A stretch of DNA of 34,876 nucleotides, taken from Octopus bimaculoides. Its lineage: Eukaryota. The notes beneath the pieces are model-generated. The model worked only from the letters and a program-made list of their open reading frames with translations. It was not told the DNA's origin and did no database searches. Within the stretch, counting starts at the first letter, position 1. Every line of letters starts with the position of its first letter. The translations under genes and the position numbers were made by a program. Below, one piece after another: positions 34,726 through 34,876 of this stretch. The stretch covers positions 170,670,856 to 170,705,731 of the forward strand of contig NC_068981.1 in assembly GCF_001194135.2 (NCBI RefSeq). Direction: 5' to 3'.

Positions 34726-34876
34726 GTCTGATGACAACTGTTATGGGCATATAAGGCTAAAATATCCAACCTTTCTGCTGTTTTCAGGTCTTGTGTGCAT
34801 GATACGATACACACTAAAGGCTTCCGAAACCAATAAAAGGTCACTTATGCGTTGTATGTATGTATGTATGTATGTA

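Noticed and set aside
34728-34734. Other CTGANGA cores (also near 25393, 13589, 9600, 24197)
   Set aside because: No stem II plus GAAA plus stem I arrangement; several lie inside TE coding sequence.
1042-34844. Many ORF-track entries with poly-YI, HT, CV, I, N, L, E or X runs
   Set aside because: They are translations of microsatellites or N gaps, not genes.

Overview
AT-rich animal genomic DNA, almost certainly a coleoid cephalopod and probably Octopus. This is inferred from recalled SINE families and the very dense TA/CA/CATA/AAT microsatellites. The window has six N gaps and no host protein-coding gene I can recognise; it is a transposon graveyard. Retroelement relics: a near full-length L1/Tx1 LINE (-), CR1-group RT fragments, R4/Dong-like RLE LINE fragments lying in (TAA)n arrays, a HERO-like RLE LINE 3' end, and a Penelope GIY-YIG fragment. 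DNA transposon relics: a Tc1 with DD36E spacing, a maT/mariner-type fragment, a mariner deletion derivative and a piggyBac. Several tRNA-derived SINEs are also present. The most notable signal is a near-canonical minimal hammerhead ribozyme (16424-16463, -) just downstream of the Penelope ORF, followed by a perfect splice donor. Two other hammerhead-like cores occur, one in the loop of a 156-bp palindrome split by an insertion with a 14-bp TSD and one in the tail of a tRNA-headed SINE. An unclassified CRE-bearing repeat occurs in two inverted copies 16.5 kb apart. All family assignments come from manual translation and motif recall, not database searches.
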